Source: a bacterium (lineage in GTDB: Bacteria > Zhuqueibacterota > Zhuqueibacteria > Residuimicrobiales > Krinioviventaceae). Taken from it: a stretch of DNA of 64,000 nucleotides. The translations under genes and the position numbers were made by a program. Each line of letters starts with the position of its first letter. The stretch's first letter is position 1. The DNA lies in NCBI GenBank assembly GCA_963675755.2, contig CAXXMD010000002.1, positions 1,888,001 through 1,952,000 on the forward strand. The letters are read 5' to 3'. The notes below the pieces were generated by a model. It saw only the letters and a list, made by a program, of their open reading frames with translations, was not told where the DNA came from and did no database searches. Positions 48,201 to 59,242 of this stretch are shown here, piece after piece.

Positions 48201-48518
48201 AATTATATAATAGTCGACCATCCAACATCTATTGACGACATGGCCGGCATACCGGATAAATTCGATTTACTACCCAATTACCCCAATCCATTCAATCCGC
48301 AAACTACAATCCGGTTTGCAGTACCGAAAAGGTCATTTGTAAAAATTACTATATTTGATATAAACGGAAAACTGGTCCAGAACTTATTTTCCGGCACCAA
48401 AAATCCGGGGAATTATGCTATAACCTGGAACGCCTCAGGCTTTCCATCCGGCATGTACTTTATCAAAATGGATACAGATAGCTTTACGTCTGTTCAAAAA
48501 TGTATATTGGTTAAATGA
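45246..48518 (+). CDS. Secreted beta-propeller/Fn3/2xPKD protein with sorting tail, array copy 1
   Basis: GTG start, signal peptide, L.K.D..G...W propeller blades, YYWRVKA Fn3 modules, W.WDFGDG..S...NP PKD x2, NYPNPFNPQTTI tail. Confidence 0.9.
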   Translation: MNTIKYVCLYIFTFISVTLSQDLQVQWVKNFDYAYSIDFAHDGGFIFLARDEIFKIDDQGTVKDVWPLDSEHENRHFYNLQKCNEGYITIGTDVIESGYLERVLLKKIDNQGRLVWERSDYSFGEDSGILAKQTRDNGYILYYTHWNPADPPASGPDDDLIMKTNPNGEEEWDYEVSSSEGGINALHQTADNGYLVAFNQVGDYDGLYGRLLRLTADGQELWVTKYKEYLQYALPVDNGGFLICGNNYSKDNPVRDTAYFKKVDENGDEIWKKTFQCKMLNANLNNITKLDDNSYLIYGYIYDSYSQTKGWLIKTDNLGNKIWEKTFTEIDNIKQILKISNNEFLLLGKKDDYKTLIKLQENTQQDPSNFALLDPSFYKLGIGKQLVLDWTSIANASSYLVEIAENIEMSNPFISKTITNSSCIIDSLSYSTQYYWRVKAQFPDGSGKWSGISTFTTMIPPHIEFTGTDRNILSYVDVGDQYYTDRDYTIIELPDPLKNCLWIKTQNSDKYLTDDNYIQFQLTRDATVYIAYDNRASSVPYWLSSNFEQTGYTIQCSDEESNFNVWKGHFSTGDVTLGANSASGAEGVLTNYVVLIDIPIQMLDPRDNKSGVGNNLYFSWEPLGNFGAHDLQISNTPNMSSPLYNITNIGNSRYLFEGLEYNNDYYWRVKAHNRNDENAWCQIQKFHTMDYPKVSIHSWDDYVLTWIEENDQYYIDRNDVVLSIPDQLKNLLWIKTSNNKEYNIFEIYLRNKATIYVGFDSRATSLPNWVTDNFSNTGLNIKVSDEANELNIWSRNVEKGYTYLLANMAEGAENIKSHYIVLIDTNQVPALSAHFGSDVTSGVLPLTVNFADSSKGFITSWLWDFGDGITSTEKNPTYTYENVGSYSVSLTVSNYDSSNTITKENYITVKNMIANFSADVTMGQAPLTVSFTDSSLGEIDAWLWKFGDGLTSTSQNPTHVYTNGDSFTVSLFVRGPGGSNTMVKSNYIIVDHPTSIDDMAGIPDKFDLLPNYPNPFNPQTTIRFAVPKRSFVKITIFDINGKLVQNLFSGTKNPGNYAITWNASGFPSGMYFIKMDTDSFTSVQKCILVK

Positions 48519-48533
48519 TATTAGGAAAAAATC

Positions 48534-51500
48534 GTGAATACTTTAAAAAACGTATGCCTGTTTCTTATCTTAAGCTTTTCAGTAGTATTATCTCAGGACC
48601 TCCAAATTCAATGGGCAAAAACATATGATTATGAATATGCCAATAACATTGACTTTGCACATGATGGAGGATATATTTTTACAACAGGTGATGATAATAA
48701 AGCCATTGTCAAGATTGACAAACATGGCATTGTTCAGGAAGATTGGCCGCTAGACCCTGGCCAAATCCCCGATTATCGTTATCTACAAAAGTGCAATGAA
48801 GGATATATATTAATAGGTAGTCCAAATGATGTAATGTTGAAAAAACTTGACAATCAGGGCCAGCAGGAATGGGAAAAATTCTTTTACAATAAGGATTCCA
48901 AGTCTGATGAGGCTAGCTATTCTTATTACGATTATGGCAGATTGGTAATACAAACACATGACAATGGTTACATTCTTGCGTGTAATTCAAGGGAAACTGT
49001 AAGTATTTGGGGACAATATGATATCTCCAAAGACATTTGGATAATAAAAACTGACCCAAATGGGGAAAAACAGTGGGATTGTTGGATTTGGGGTGGTTAC
49101 TTTTCCGAGGAACCTCGAGCAATACATCAAACATCTGACAATGGTTATATTGTCGCCTGTAACGACAATAAAGACGATTATGGCCATCTATATCGGTTAA
49201 CATCAGACGGCCAGATAATCTGGCAAAAAGAATATAACGAGTATATAGGATACGCGTTACCAGCAGATGATGGTGGATTCTATATATGTGGTAAAAATTA
49301 TTTAAAAAAGGTAGACAAAGATGGAGATTTAATTTGGGAAAAGACTTTACAATATGAATTGTCAGATTCTAATTTAAAAAACATGATAAAATTTGATGAC
49401 AACAGCTATCTATTATGTGGAAACGTTTTTGATTCAGATACGCAATCATGGAAGAATTTATTAATCAAAACGGATAACTTTGGCAATAAAATATGGGAAA
49501 AAACATTTACAGAAATTTCTGGTATAAGTCAAGTTTTGAAAATCACCAATAATGAATTTATTTTATTTGGTAGCAAGGGAGGCCTTGTAACAATAGTAAA
49601 AATTATTGAAAAAATCCAACAAGATCCCACAAAAATTGAATTATTAGATCCTGTAAACTATAAAATGGGAGTTGGTACACAAGTTTGTCTGGATTGGACC
49701 AGCATCTCAAATGCCTCCTCATATCTCCTTGAATTAGATGATGATAGCGACATGTCTAGCCCCATCATTTCAAAAACAATTACAAACAGTTCAAATTGTA
49801 TTATTAACGACCTTTCATACTCTACTCAATATTATTGGAGGGTCATGGCCCAATTCCCGGATGAATCTGGTAATTGGTCTGATATCAGAACTTTTATTAC
49901 AATGCTTCCTCCACACATAGAGTCTAGTGAACCGGAAGGTTACTACTTGTCATATGTGGATGTAGGAGATCAATATTATACAGACAGAGATTATACCATA
50001 ACAGAATTGCCTGATCAGTTGAACAATTGCATATGGATCAAAACCCAAAATAGTGACAAATATTTAACAGATGACAATTACATTCAATTTCAGTTAACCA
50101 GAGATGCAACTGTCTATATTGCCTACGACAACCGTGCCAGTGCTGTTCCCCAATGGTTAACATCTAATTTTGAGCAAACCCAATTCACTATAGAAAGTAC
50201 TGATGAATACTGTAATTTTAATGTCTGGAAGGGCAAATTCTCAGCAGGTGATGTAACACTGGGTGCCAATTTGGCAACCGGAGCAGAGGGTGTGCAAACA
50301 AATTATGTTGTATTCATAGATATACCAATCCAAATGCTCGACCCCAGGGAAAACAAATCAGGTGTTGGAAAAAATTTATACTTAAGCTGGGAAGCATTGG
50401 GCAATTTCGGGAAATACGATTTTCAAATCAGTGATAATCAGGACATGTCAAACCCCTTTTATAATATAACCAACATAGAGTATACCAGGTATAAAATAAG
50501 AGACTTGGAATATAATAAAGACTATTATTGGAGGGTCAAAGCACACAATCGTAACGATGAGGATGCGTGGTGCCAGACACATAAATTTCATACAATGGAT
50601 GATCACAATATTTATTTTTGGGTTAATAGTAATTATGCATTATCCTGGCTTGAAGAAAATGATCAATACTATGTTGATCGAAATGATGTGGTCCTCTCCA
50701 TCCCCGATCCGTTAAAAAATTTACTGTGGATCAAAACGAAAGATGATAATGCAGATATAGATGAGCCTATTGGACATCTCATGGAAATTGAATTTAAAAA
50801 AGAAGCAACCCTCTATGTCGGTTTCGATTCAAGGGCTGTTTCACTACCAAACTGGGTAACAAACTATTATAAAAATACCGGATTGACCATAAAAGTTTCT
50901 GACGAAGCAAATGAATTAAATATATGGTCCAGAAATGTTACAAAAGGCTGGGTCTACTTGGGATTCAATATGGCAAAAGGCGCTGAAAACATCAACAGTC
51001 ATTATGTCGTTTTAATAGACACCAACCAGGTACAACCTCTCTCTGCTCATTTCAGTTCAGATGTGACATCAGGAGTGTCCCCGTTAACCGTTAATTTCTC
51101 TGACAGTTCTCAAGGTCTGATAACATCTTGGGCATGGAATTTTGGCGACGGAAAAACCTCAACAGAAAAAAATCCCTCCCACACCTATGGAAACGCGGAA
51201 AGTTACACCGTTAGCTTGACCGTGAGTGGTATGGGCGGTTCTGATACCATAGAAAAAGAAAATTACATAACCGTATATGAAACAACACCACTTGCTAAAT
51301 TCGGTTCAGACAAAATATCAGGAGAACTACCATTGACCGTCAATTTTTCTGACAGTTCTCATGGGATAATAGAATCCTGGGTATGGAATTTTGGTGATGA
51401 GTCAACATCTACAGAACAGAATCCTTCACACACCTATGAAAACGCGGGACGGTATACAGTCAGCTTGACAGTAAGTGGGCCATACGGTTCTGATACCTTA

Positions 51501-52076
51501 ACAAAAGAAAATTACATTATCGTAAAAAAAGCGGTCCCAATAGCAAATTTTGGTTCAGATGTAATCATGGGGCAAGCTCCGCTAACTGTCAGCTTTAGAG
51601 ACAGTTCGCTGGGTGAAATCGATTCCTGGTTGTGGAAATTTGGAGACGGACTCACAAGTACAGCGCAAAATCCAACTCACGTGTACACATCTGCAGACTC
51701 TTTTACTGTAACATTATTCGTATATGGACCCGGTGGATCAAATACAATGATCAAATCGAATTATATAATAGTTGACCACCCAACATCCATAAACGACATG
51801 GCCGGGATACCGAAAAAATTCAATCTGCTACCCAATTACCCCAATCCATTCAATCCGCAAACCACTATCCGCTTTGCGGTACCCAAAAGGTCATTTGTAA
51901 AAATAAATGTATATGATGTAAATGGTAAACGGGTAAACAATTTGTTCTCCGGAATCAAAAACCCGGGATATTTTTCACTCACATGGGATGCAACAGGATT
52001 TCCATCCGGCATGTATTTCATCAAAATGGATACGGATACTTTTACGTCTGTTAAGAAATGTATCTTGGTCAAATAA
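48534..52076 (+). CDS. Array copy 2 (3 PKD domains)
   Basis: Paralogue of copy 1; 15-bp spacer with AGGAAA RBS; GTG start. Confidence 0.9.
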   Translation: MNTLKNVCLFLILSFSVVLSQDLQIQWAKTYDYEYANNIDFAHDGGYIFTTGDDNKAIVKIDKHGIVQEDWPLDPGQIPDYRYLQKCNEGYILIGSPNDVMLKKLDNQGQQEWEKFFYNKDSKSDEASYSYYDYGRLVIQTHDNGYILACNSRETVSIWGQYDISKDIWIIKTDPNGEKQWDCWIWGGYFSEEPRAIHQTSDNGYIVACNDNKDDYGHLYRLTSDGQIIWQKEYNEYIGYALPADDGGFYICGKNYLKKVDKDGDLIWEKTLQYELSDSNLKNMIKFDDNSYLLCGNVFDSDTQSWKNLLIKTDNFGNKIWEKTFTEISGISQVLKITNNEFILFGSKGGLVTIVKIIEKIQQDPTKIELLDPVNYKMGVGTQVCLDWTSISNASSYLLELDDDSDMSSPIISKTITNSSNCIINDLSYSTQYYWRVMAQFPDESGNWSDIRTFITMLPPHIESSEPEGYYLSYVDVGDQYYTDRDYTITELPDQLNNCIWIKTQNSDKYLTDDNYIQFQLTRDATVYIAYDNRASAVPQWLTSNFEQTQFTIESTDEYCNFNVWKGKFSAGDVTLGANLATGAEGVQTNYVVFIDIPIQMLDPRENKSGVGKNLYLSWEALGNFGKYDFQISDNQDMSNPFYNITNIEYTRYKIRDLEYNKDYYWRVKAHNRNDEDAWCQTHKFHTMDDHNIYFWVNSNYALSWLEENDQYYVDRNDVVLSIPDPLKNLLWIKTKDDNADIDEPIGHLMEIEFKKEATLYVGFDSRAVSLPNWVTNYYKNTGLTIKVSDEANELNIWSRNVTKGWVYLGFNMAKGAENINSHYVVLIDTNQVQPLSAHFSSDVTSGVSPLTVNFSDSSQGLITSWAWNFGDGKTSTEKNPSHTYGNAESYTVSLTVSGMGGSDTIEKENYITVYETTPLAKFGSDKISGELPLTVNFSDSSHGIIESWVWNFGDESTSTEQNPSHTYENAGRYTVSLTVSGPYGSDTLTKENYIIVKKAVPIANFGSDVIMGQAPLTVSFRDSSLGEIDSWLWKFGDGLTSTAQNPTHVYTSADSFTVTLFVYGPGGSNTMIKSNYIIVDHPTSINDMAGIPKKFNLLPNYPNPFNPQTTIRFAVPKRSFVKINVYDVNGKRVNNLFSGIKNPGYFSLTWDATGFPSGMYFIKMDTDTFTSVKKCILVK

Positions 52077-52091
52077 TATTAGGGGGAAACC

Positions 52092-55000
52092 GTGAATAAA
52101 ATAAAAAAAATATGTCTATTTATCTTCTCAATTGTTTCAATAGCACTATCTCAAGACCTGCAAATTCAATGGTCAAAAACATATGATTATAAATATGCTA
52201 ATAACATTGACTTTGCACATGATGGAGGATATGTTTTCACAACATATGACGATAAAACTATTGTAAAGATTGACAAACATGGCATTGTTCAGGAAGATTG
52301 GCCGCTAAATTCTGGAGAAAATCCCATCATTAGTTATCTACAAAAGTGCAATGAAGGCTATATAATATTAAGTACTACTCCAATGTTGATAAAACTTGAC
52401 AACCAGGGCCGGCAGGAATGGGAAAAACAATATTACGAAAATAAATATGGTGAAGTTGATTATTGGTACACTGGTGAATTTGTCAAACAAACTCATGACA
52501 ATGGATACATTCTTTTTTGTACTAAAAACAATAATGCTGATCCCTCGGGTTCCCGCAAGAGCTTTATGTTTATTAAAACGGACCTCAATGGGGAAAAAGA
52601 GTGGCAAAGTGGGGCCAGTGGTGATTATTATGGAAAAAATACGTCTAAAGCAGTACATCAATTATCAGATGGTGGCTATATTTTCGCCTACAACAACGAT
52701 GATGGCGGCCTGACCCGGTTATCACCAGACGGCAAGGATATCTGGGAGAAAAGATATGACGAATATTTAGAATATACCTTGCCAGCAGATGATGGTGGAT
52801 TCTTTATTTGCGGTCGAGATTATACTAAAGATACCTATTCTTCCGAAACCGCTTATTTAAAAAAAGTAGACCAAAATGGAGATGAAATTTGGAAAAAAAC
52901 ATTCCAAAATGCTTCATCCTATTCTTTGCTCAATAACATTGAATTATTGAATGATGGTAATATTTTGGTATGTGGTAAAATAGTAGATACATCTGATTGG
53001 TCCTCTTCTGAGTGCTGGCTAATTAAAACGGATAGTTTAGGCAATAAAATATGGGAAAAAACTTTTTCAGAACTTGATGACATAAAACAAATTTTGAAAA
53101 TTGATAACAATGAATTCCTTTTATTCGGCATAAAGGACTATTATACAACGATAATGAAAATCAAAGAAAACGATCCCAAAGACCCCTCAAGTTTTGCATT
53201 ATTAGATCCTGTATTCCATAAATTGGGAGTTGGTACCCAACTTTGTCTGGATTGGTCCAGCATTGCAAATGCGTCATCATACCTCGTTGAAATTGATGAC
53301 AGCATTGACATGTCAAATCCCCTCATTTCAAAAACAGTTTCAAACAGTTCAGGTTGCATAATTAAGGACCTGACCTACTCAACTCAATATTATTGGAGGG
53401 TCAGGGCCCAATTCCCGGATGGATCCGGCAAATGGTCCGGTATCAGCACCTTTACAACAATGATTCCTCCACACATAGAGCTTGATGGTAAAAAAAACAA
53501 CATGTCTTATGTGGACGTCAGAGATCAATACTATACAGACAGAGATTACACAGTGACAGGACTTTCTGATGAATTGAAAAATTGTCTATGGATAAAAACT
53601 CAAAACAGCGACAAATATTTAACTGATGACAATTACATACAGTTTAATTTAAAAAGAGATGCAACTGTCTATGTAGCCTATGACAACCGGGCAAGTTCTG
53701 TACCCCATTGGTTATCATCAGGATTTGAACTAACTGAACACACCATTCAGAATTCTGATGAAGAAAGTAATTTTAATATCTGGAAGGGCAGATTCCCGGC
53801 AGGTGACGTAACATTAGGGGCCAATTCGGCAAGCGGAGCAGAGGGTGCGCAGACAAATTATGTTGTATTAATAGATGTTCCACTGCAGATACTTGACCCC
53901 AGGGACAACAAATCAGGGATTGGTAATGATTTAATCTTGAGCTGGGAGACACTGGGCAATTTCGGGTCATATGACCTACAAATCAGCGAATATCAGGACA
54001 TGTCCATTCCATTATATAATATTACAAACATCATGAATCCCAAGTATCGGATTGAAGAGCTGGACTATAATAAAGATTATTTTTGGAGAATCAAAGCACA
54101 CAATCGTAACGATGAGAATGCATGGTATCAGACACAAAAATTTCATACAATGCGTGAACCTCACATTAAAATTTTGTGGCAAGACGAATATTTATTATCC
54201 TGGCTTGAAGAAAATGAACAATATTATATTGACTGTAATCATGTGGTCCTTTCTATCCCTGATCAATTAAAAAATTTACTGTGGATCAAAACAGCAAATG
54301 ACGATGCGGATATAATTTATAGTTTTCCTCTGGAATTTCGATTACAAAGTGATGCAACCATCTATGTGGGCTTTGATTCAAGGGCCACTGCATTGCCAAA
54401 CTGGGTAACTGAACATTATAGCAACACCGGTTTATCCATAACAGTTTCTGATTCAGCAAATGAATTAAATATATGGGCCAGAAATGTTATAAAAGGTGAT
54501 ATCGAGTTGGGATTTAATATGGCAGAAGGCGCTGAAAATATCAAAAGTCATTATGTCGTTTTGATAGACACCAATCAGGTCCCCCCCTTGTCCGCTCATT
54601 TTGGTTCAGATGTAACCTCAGGAGTACTCCCATTGACCGTTAATTTCGCAGACAGTTCTAAGGGTTTTATAACATCATGGTTATGGGATTTTGGTGATGG
54701 AACGACCTCTACAGAAAAAAATCCCTCCCACACCTTTAAAAACTCGGGAAACTATAACGTTAGCCTAACCGTGATTGGTATGGGAAGTTCTGATACAATA
54801 ACAAAAGAAAATAATATTACAGTTAAAAACATGATTGTAAATTTCAGTGCGGATGTGACCATGGGAAAAGCGCCACTCACTGTGAGTTTTACCGACAGTT
54901 CACTGGGCGAAATTGACGCATGGTTATGGAAATTTGGAGACGGACTCACAAGCACGTCTCAAAATCCAACGCATGTATACACATCTGGCGACTCGTTCAC

Positions 55001-55370
55001 CGTATCGCTTTTTGTGCGCGGACCAGGTGGATCTAATACAATGGTAAAAACGAATTTCATAATAGTAGACCATCCAACATCCATTGATGACATGGCCGGT
55101 ATACCGGATAAATTCGATTTACTTCCCAATTATCCCAATCCGTTTAATCCGCAAACCACAATCCGGTTTGCGGTACCTAAAAAGTCTTTTGTAACATTAA
55201 CAGTATATGATATAAACGGAAAACAGGTAAGCAATTTGTTCTCCGGAATCAAAAACCCGGGATATTTTTCACTCACATGGAACGCCTCAGGCTTTCCATC
55301 CGGCATGTATTTCATCAAAATGGATACGGATACCTACTCGTCTGTTCAAAAATGTATACTGGTTAAATAA
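52092..55370 (+). CDS. Array copy 3 (2 PKD domains)
   Basis: Paralogue of copy 1; 15-bp spacer; GTG start. Confidence 0.9.
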   Translation: MNKIKKICLFIFSIVSIALSQDLQIQWSKTYDYKYANNIDFAHDGGYVFTTYDDKTIVKIDKHGIVQEDWPLNSGENPIISYLQKCNEGYIILSTTPMLIKLDNQGRQEWEKQYYENKYGEVDYWYTGEFVKQTHDNGYILFCTKNNNADPSGSRKSFMFIKTDLNGEKEWQSGASGDYYGKNTSKAVHQLSDGGYIFAYNNDDGGLTRLSPDGKDIWEKRYDEYLEYTLPADDGGFFICGRDYTKDTYSSETAYLKKVDQNGDEIWKKTFQNASSYSLLNNIELLNDGNILVCGKIVDTSDWSSSECWLIKTDSLGNKIWEKTFSELDDIKQILKIDNNEFLLFGIKDYYTTIMKIKENDPKDPSSFALLDPVFHKLGVGTQLCLDWSSIANASSYLVEIDDSIDMSNPLISKTVSNSSGCIIKDLTYSTQYYWRVRAQFPDGSGKWSGISTFTTMIPPHIELDGKKNNMSYVDVRDQYYTDRDYTVTGLSDELKNCLWIKTQNSDKYLTDDNYIQFNLKRDATVYVAYDNRASSVPHWLSSGFELTEHTIQNSDEESNFNIWKGRFPAGDVTLGANSASGAEGAQTNYVVLIDVPLQILDPRDNKSGIGNDLILSWETLGNFGSYDLQISEYQDMSIPLYNITNIMNPKYRIEELDYNKDYFWRIKAHNRNDENAWYQTQKFHTMREPHIKILWQDEYLLSWLEENEQYYIDCNHVVLSIPDQLKNLLWIKTANDDADIIYSFPLEFRLQSDATIYVGFDSRATALPNWVTEHYSNTGLSITVSDSANELNIWARNVIKGDIELGFNMAEGAENIKSHYVVLIDTNQVPPLSAHFGSDVTSGVLPLTVNFADSSKGFITSWLWDFGDGTTSTEKNPSHTFKNSGNYNVSLTVIGMGSSDTITKENNITVKNMIVNFSADVTMGKAPLTVSFTDSSLGEIDAWLWKFGDGLTSTSQNPTHVYTSGDSFTVSLFVRGPGGSNTMVKTNFIIVDHPTSIDDMAGIPDKFDLLPNYPNPFNPQTTIRFAVPKKSFVTLTVYDINGKQVSNLFSGIKNPGYFSLTWNASGFPSGMYFIKMDTDTYSSVQKCILVK

Positions 55371-55385
55371 TATTAGGGAAAAACC

Positions 55386-58300
55386 GTGAACACAATAAAA
55401 AATATATGTTTGTTTCTTGTTTTGAGCTTTTCAATAGTATTATCTCAAGACCTTCAAATTCAATGGTCAAAAACATATGATTATAAATATAAACTTGGCA
55501 ATAACATTGATTATGCACATGATGGCGGATTTATTTTTACAAAAGGGAATAATGGGATTGTTAAGATTGATAATCAAGGTATTATTCAAGAGGATTGGCC
55601 ACTGGATACAGTGCCTGATAACCAATCCATAAATTATCTCCAAAAGTGCAATGAAGGTTATATAACAATAGGTACTAATTATCAGGTGGATGGAGGCAAA
55701 CGCAAGGTCGTGCTGAATAAACTTGACAATCAGGGCAGAATTGAATGGGAAAAACTCTATTATAATGAAAATTATCTTAATGAAGAGGGACAAGAAGTCA
55801 AAGTTCACGACTTTGGTGATTTGATTAAACAGACACGCGACAATGGTTACATTCTTGCGTGTACTTCAATGGATAGATATGAGGAGCAATCGGTTTTCAC
55901 CGCAAATTTTTGGTTAATTAAAATTGACCAAAATGGAGAAATAGAATGGGAAACCAGGTTTGGGGGTGATTTCAATGAATACTATTCTTTTAGTACAGTA
56001 TATCAAACACCGGACGATGGCTTTTTGTTTTCCTTTAACGACAAAAAAGAAGGATTGCTCAGATTAACACCAGATGGTCAGGAAATCTGGAGAAAAAAAT
56101 ATGATGAAGCCATAAATCAAACCTTACCAGCAGATGATGGCGGGTTCTCTGTAAGCGGGGGAAATTATTTACAAAAGGTAGACGAAAATGGTGATGAAAT
56201 TTGGAAAAAGACCATTCAACATGAATCAGTAAATTCCGCTTTAAGAGACATGGTTATATTGGATGACAATAGCTATCTCTTGTGTGGAGGAATTTTAGAA
56301 TCATATCCATATTTCACAAAGGGCTGGTTAATCAAAACGGATAGTTTAGGTAATAAAATATGGGAAAAAACTTTTCCAGAAATTGATATCATTAAGCAAG
56401 TTTTACAAATCTCCAACAATGAATTTATTTTATTTGGTGAAAAGGATGAATATATAACGATAATAAAAATCAAAGAAACAGACCCAAATGACCCAACAAA
56501 ACTTGAATTATTAGAACCGGTAAATTATAAAATGGGAATAGGCAATCAACTTGTTCTGGATTGGACCAGCATTGCCAATGCGTCATCATACTTTATAGAA
56601 ATAGATGAAAACATTGAAATGTCAAATCCTCTCATTTCAAAAACAATATCTAACAATTCAAATTGTATTATTAAAGATTTATCCTATTCAACACAATATT
56701 ACTGGAGAGTCAGGGCCCAATTCCCGGATGGTTCCGGTAACTGGTCTGGCATCAGCACATTTACAACAATGTCCCCTCCACACATCGAGTTTAATGGACA
56801 AAAAGAATTCAACATGTCTTATGTGGATATTGGGGACCAATATTACACGGACAGAGAGTATACAATAACAGGACTGCCGGAAGCATTAAAAAATTGTCTG
56901 TGGATGAAAACCTCAAATAGAGAAAAATATTTAACAGATGACAATTACGTTCAATTTCAGTTAAAAAGAGACGCAACCATCTATATTGCCTATGACAACC
57001 GGGCCAGCGCCGTTCCCTATTGGTTATCATCCGGGTTTGAACAAACCGAATATACCATTCAGAATTCTGATTCAGAAAGTAATTTTAATGTCTGGAAAGG
57101 TCAATTCTCAACAGGTGATGTAACACTGGGGGCCAATATGGCAACCGGAGCCGAGGGTGTGCAAACAAACTATACTGTATTAATAGTTATACCGTTACAA
57201 ATGCTTGATCCCAGAGATAATAAAACAGGTATTGGTAATAATGTTATCTTTAGCTGGGAAGCAATAGGTAATTTTGAGAATTATGATTTACAAATCAGTG
57301 ATAATCAGGACATATCAAATCCCATTTATGATATTACCGATATAGAGTACACCAGTCATAAAATAAGAAATTTAGACTATAATAAAGACTATTACTGGAG
57401 GATCAAAGCACACAATCGTGACGATGAGGATGCCTGGTACCAGACACAAAAATTTCATACTATGGATGATCCCCATATTCGTGTATGGGGTAGTCGAGGG
57501 GGTTATGTTTTATCCTGGCTTGAAGAAAATGAACAATACTATGTTGATCGTAATCATGTAATTCTTTCTATCCCTGATCCATTAAAAAATCTACTATGGA
57601 TTAAAACAAATAATGATGATGCAAATCTGGATACAGAAATAAATTTTGATTATGGTCGTCCTCTGGCAATTAAATTAGAAAATAAAGCGACTATTTATGT
57701 GGGTTTTGATTCAAGGGCGACATCCCTGCCAAACTGGGTAACAGACTATTATAAAAATACCGGATTGACTATATCAGTTTCTGACAAAGCAAAAGAATTA
57801 AATATATGGGCCAGAAAGGTTTACAAAGGTGAAACTGTCCTGGGTTCGAATATGGCAAAAGGCGCTGAAAACATAAAAAGTCAGTATATCGTTTTACTGG
57901 ATTTATACCCCCTGTTGGCTAAATTCGATTCAGATGTAACAAAAGGAGTACTACCTTTGACCGTAAATTTCTCAGACAGTTCTCAGGGAAAAATAGAATC
58001 CTGGGCGTGGGATTTCGGTGATGGATCGACCTCTTTAGAACAGAATCCCTCCCACACCTATAAAAACGCGGGAAGTTATACCGTTAGCCTGACAGTAAGT
58101 GGTCCTGACACTTTTGATACAATCATAAAAGAAAATTTTATTACCGTATACAAAACAACACCGGTTGCCAATTTCGATTCAGACAAAACATCAGGAGTAC
58201 TACCGTTAACTGTTAATTTCTCCGACAGCTCTAATGGGCTTATCGAATCCTGGGCTTGGGATTTTGGTGACGGCGTTACTTCTACAGAGCAAAATCCTTC

Positions 58301-58949
58301 CCATACCTATGAAAACGTGGGCAGCTATACAGTCAGCCTTACAGTCAGTAATCTAGACAGTTCTGATACCATAATAAAAGAAAATTACATTACAGTAAAA
58401 AAACCGTCCCCTATTGCAAATTTTGGTGCCGATGTTACAAATGGCCTACTACCACTTAGTGTTAGTTTTACAGACAGTTCACTAGGAGATATTGTTTTCT
58501 GGTACTGGAGCTTTGGTGACGGACTCACAAGCACGTCTCAAAATCCAACGCACGTGTACTCATCTGCTGACTCGTTCACTGTGTCCTTAACGGTATGTGA
58601 TCCCCGGGGATCAGATACAATGGTCAAAACGAAATATATTATTGTGGATCATCCAACATCCATTGATGACATGGCCGGTATACCGGATAAATTCGATTTA
58701 CTTCCCAATTATCCCAATCCATTTAATCCGCAAACTACAATCAGGTTTGCGATACCGAAAAAATCATTTGTAAAAATAAATGTATATGATGTAAATGGTA
58801 AATGGGTAAGCAATTTAATCTCCGGAATCAAAAACCCGGGGAATTATGCTATAACCTGGAATGCCTCAAGCTTTTCATCCGGCATGTATTTCATCAAGAT
58901 GGATACGGATGCCTACTCTTCTGTTCAAAAATGTATACTGGTTAAATAA
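55386..58949 (+). CDS. Array copy 4 (3 PKD domains)
   Basis: Paralogue of copy 1; 15-bp spacer; GTG start. Confidence 0.9.
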   Translation: MNTIKNICLFLVLSFSIVLSQDLQIQWSKTYDYKYKLGNNIDYAHDGGFIFTKGNNGIVKIDNQGIIQEDWPLDTVPDNQSINYLQKCNEGYITIGTNYQVDGGKRKVVLNKLDNQGRIEWEKLYYNENYLNEEGQEVKVHDFGDLIKQTRDNGYILACTSMDRYEEQSVFTANFWLIKIDQNGEIEWETRFGGDFNEYYSFSTVYQTPDDGFLFSFNDKKEGLLRLTPDGQEIWRKKYDEAINQTLPADDGGFSVSGGNYLQKVDENGDEIWKKTIQHESVNSALRDMVILDDNSYLLCGGILESYPYFTKGWLIKTDSLGNKIWEKTFPEIDIIKQVLQISNNEFILFGEKDEYITIIKIKETDPNDPTKLELLEPVNYKMGIGNQLVLDWTSIANASSYFIEIDENIEMSNPLISKTISNNSNCIIKDLSYSTQYYWRVRAQFPDGSGNWSGISTFTTMSPPHIEFNGQKEFNMSYVDIGDQYYTDREYTITGLPEALKNCLWMKTSNREKYLTDDNYVQFQLKRDATIYIAYDNRASAVPYWLSSGFEQTEYTIQNSDSESNFNVWKGQFSTGDVTLGANMATGAEGVQTNYTVLIVIPLQMLDPRDNKTGIGNNVIFSWEAIGNFENYDLQISDNQDISNPIYDITDIEYTSHKIRNLDYNKDYYWRIKAHNRDDEDAWYQTQKFHTMDDPHIRVWGSRGGYVLSWLEENEQYYVDRNHVILSIPDPLKNLLWIKTNNDDANLDTEINFDYGRPLAIKLENKATIYVGFDSRATSLPNWVTDYYKNTGLTISVSDKAKELNIWARKVYKGETVLGSNMAKGAENIKSQYIVLLDLYPLLAKFDSDVTKGVLPLTVNFSDSSQGKIESWAWDFGDGSTSLEQNPSHTYKNAGSYTVSLTVSGPDTFDTIIKENFITVYKTTPVANFDSDKTSGVLPLTVNFSDSSNGLIESWAWDFGDGVTSTEQNPSHTYENVGSYTVSLTVSNLDSSDTIIKENYITVKKPSPIANFGADVTNGLLPLSVSFTDSSLGDIVFWYWSFGDGLTSTSQNPTHVYSSADSFTVSLTVCDPRGSDTMVKTKYIIVDHPTSIDDMAGIPDKFDLLPNYPNPFNPQTTIRFAIPKKSFVKINVYDVNGKWVSNLISGIKNPGNYAITWNASSFSSGMYFIKMDTDAYSSVQKCILVK

Positions 58950-58963
58950 GGGAATCATTCCAA

Positions 58964-58986
58964 GCCCAGGGTTTTATGACCTGGGC
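58964..58986 (+). terminator. Hairpin after copy 4 (terminator or REP-like)
   Basis: GCCCAGG-GTTTTATGA-CCTGGGC; no clear U-tract. Confidence 0.4.
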
Positions 58987-59009
58987 AACCGAATTGTTCA
59001 CAAAGGATC

Positions 59010-59242
59010 ATCTTTTAATCCTGTTAATCATGTTTTATCGTGGTAATCATATAATCCTGTTAATCTGGGTTCAATCTTGTTAATCCGGGTTTATCTTTTT
59101 AATCCGGATTTAGGATTTCTATTGCTTTTTTCCCCAAAAATAACTTAATTACAATTGGAAGTACAGGGGCGGGCCAAAAGAGAACCTTTCTATTTTTTTT
59201 AAAAACATTTTTCCAACCAAAAACAAGTATTAGGAAAGTAGA
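59010..59242 (+). promoter_or_regulatory. AATC repeats plus leader/promoter of the paralogue array, copy B
   Basis: Near-identical to 45040-45245. Confidence 0.65.
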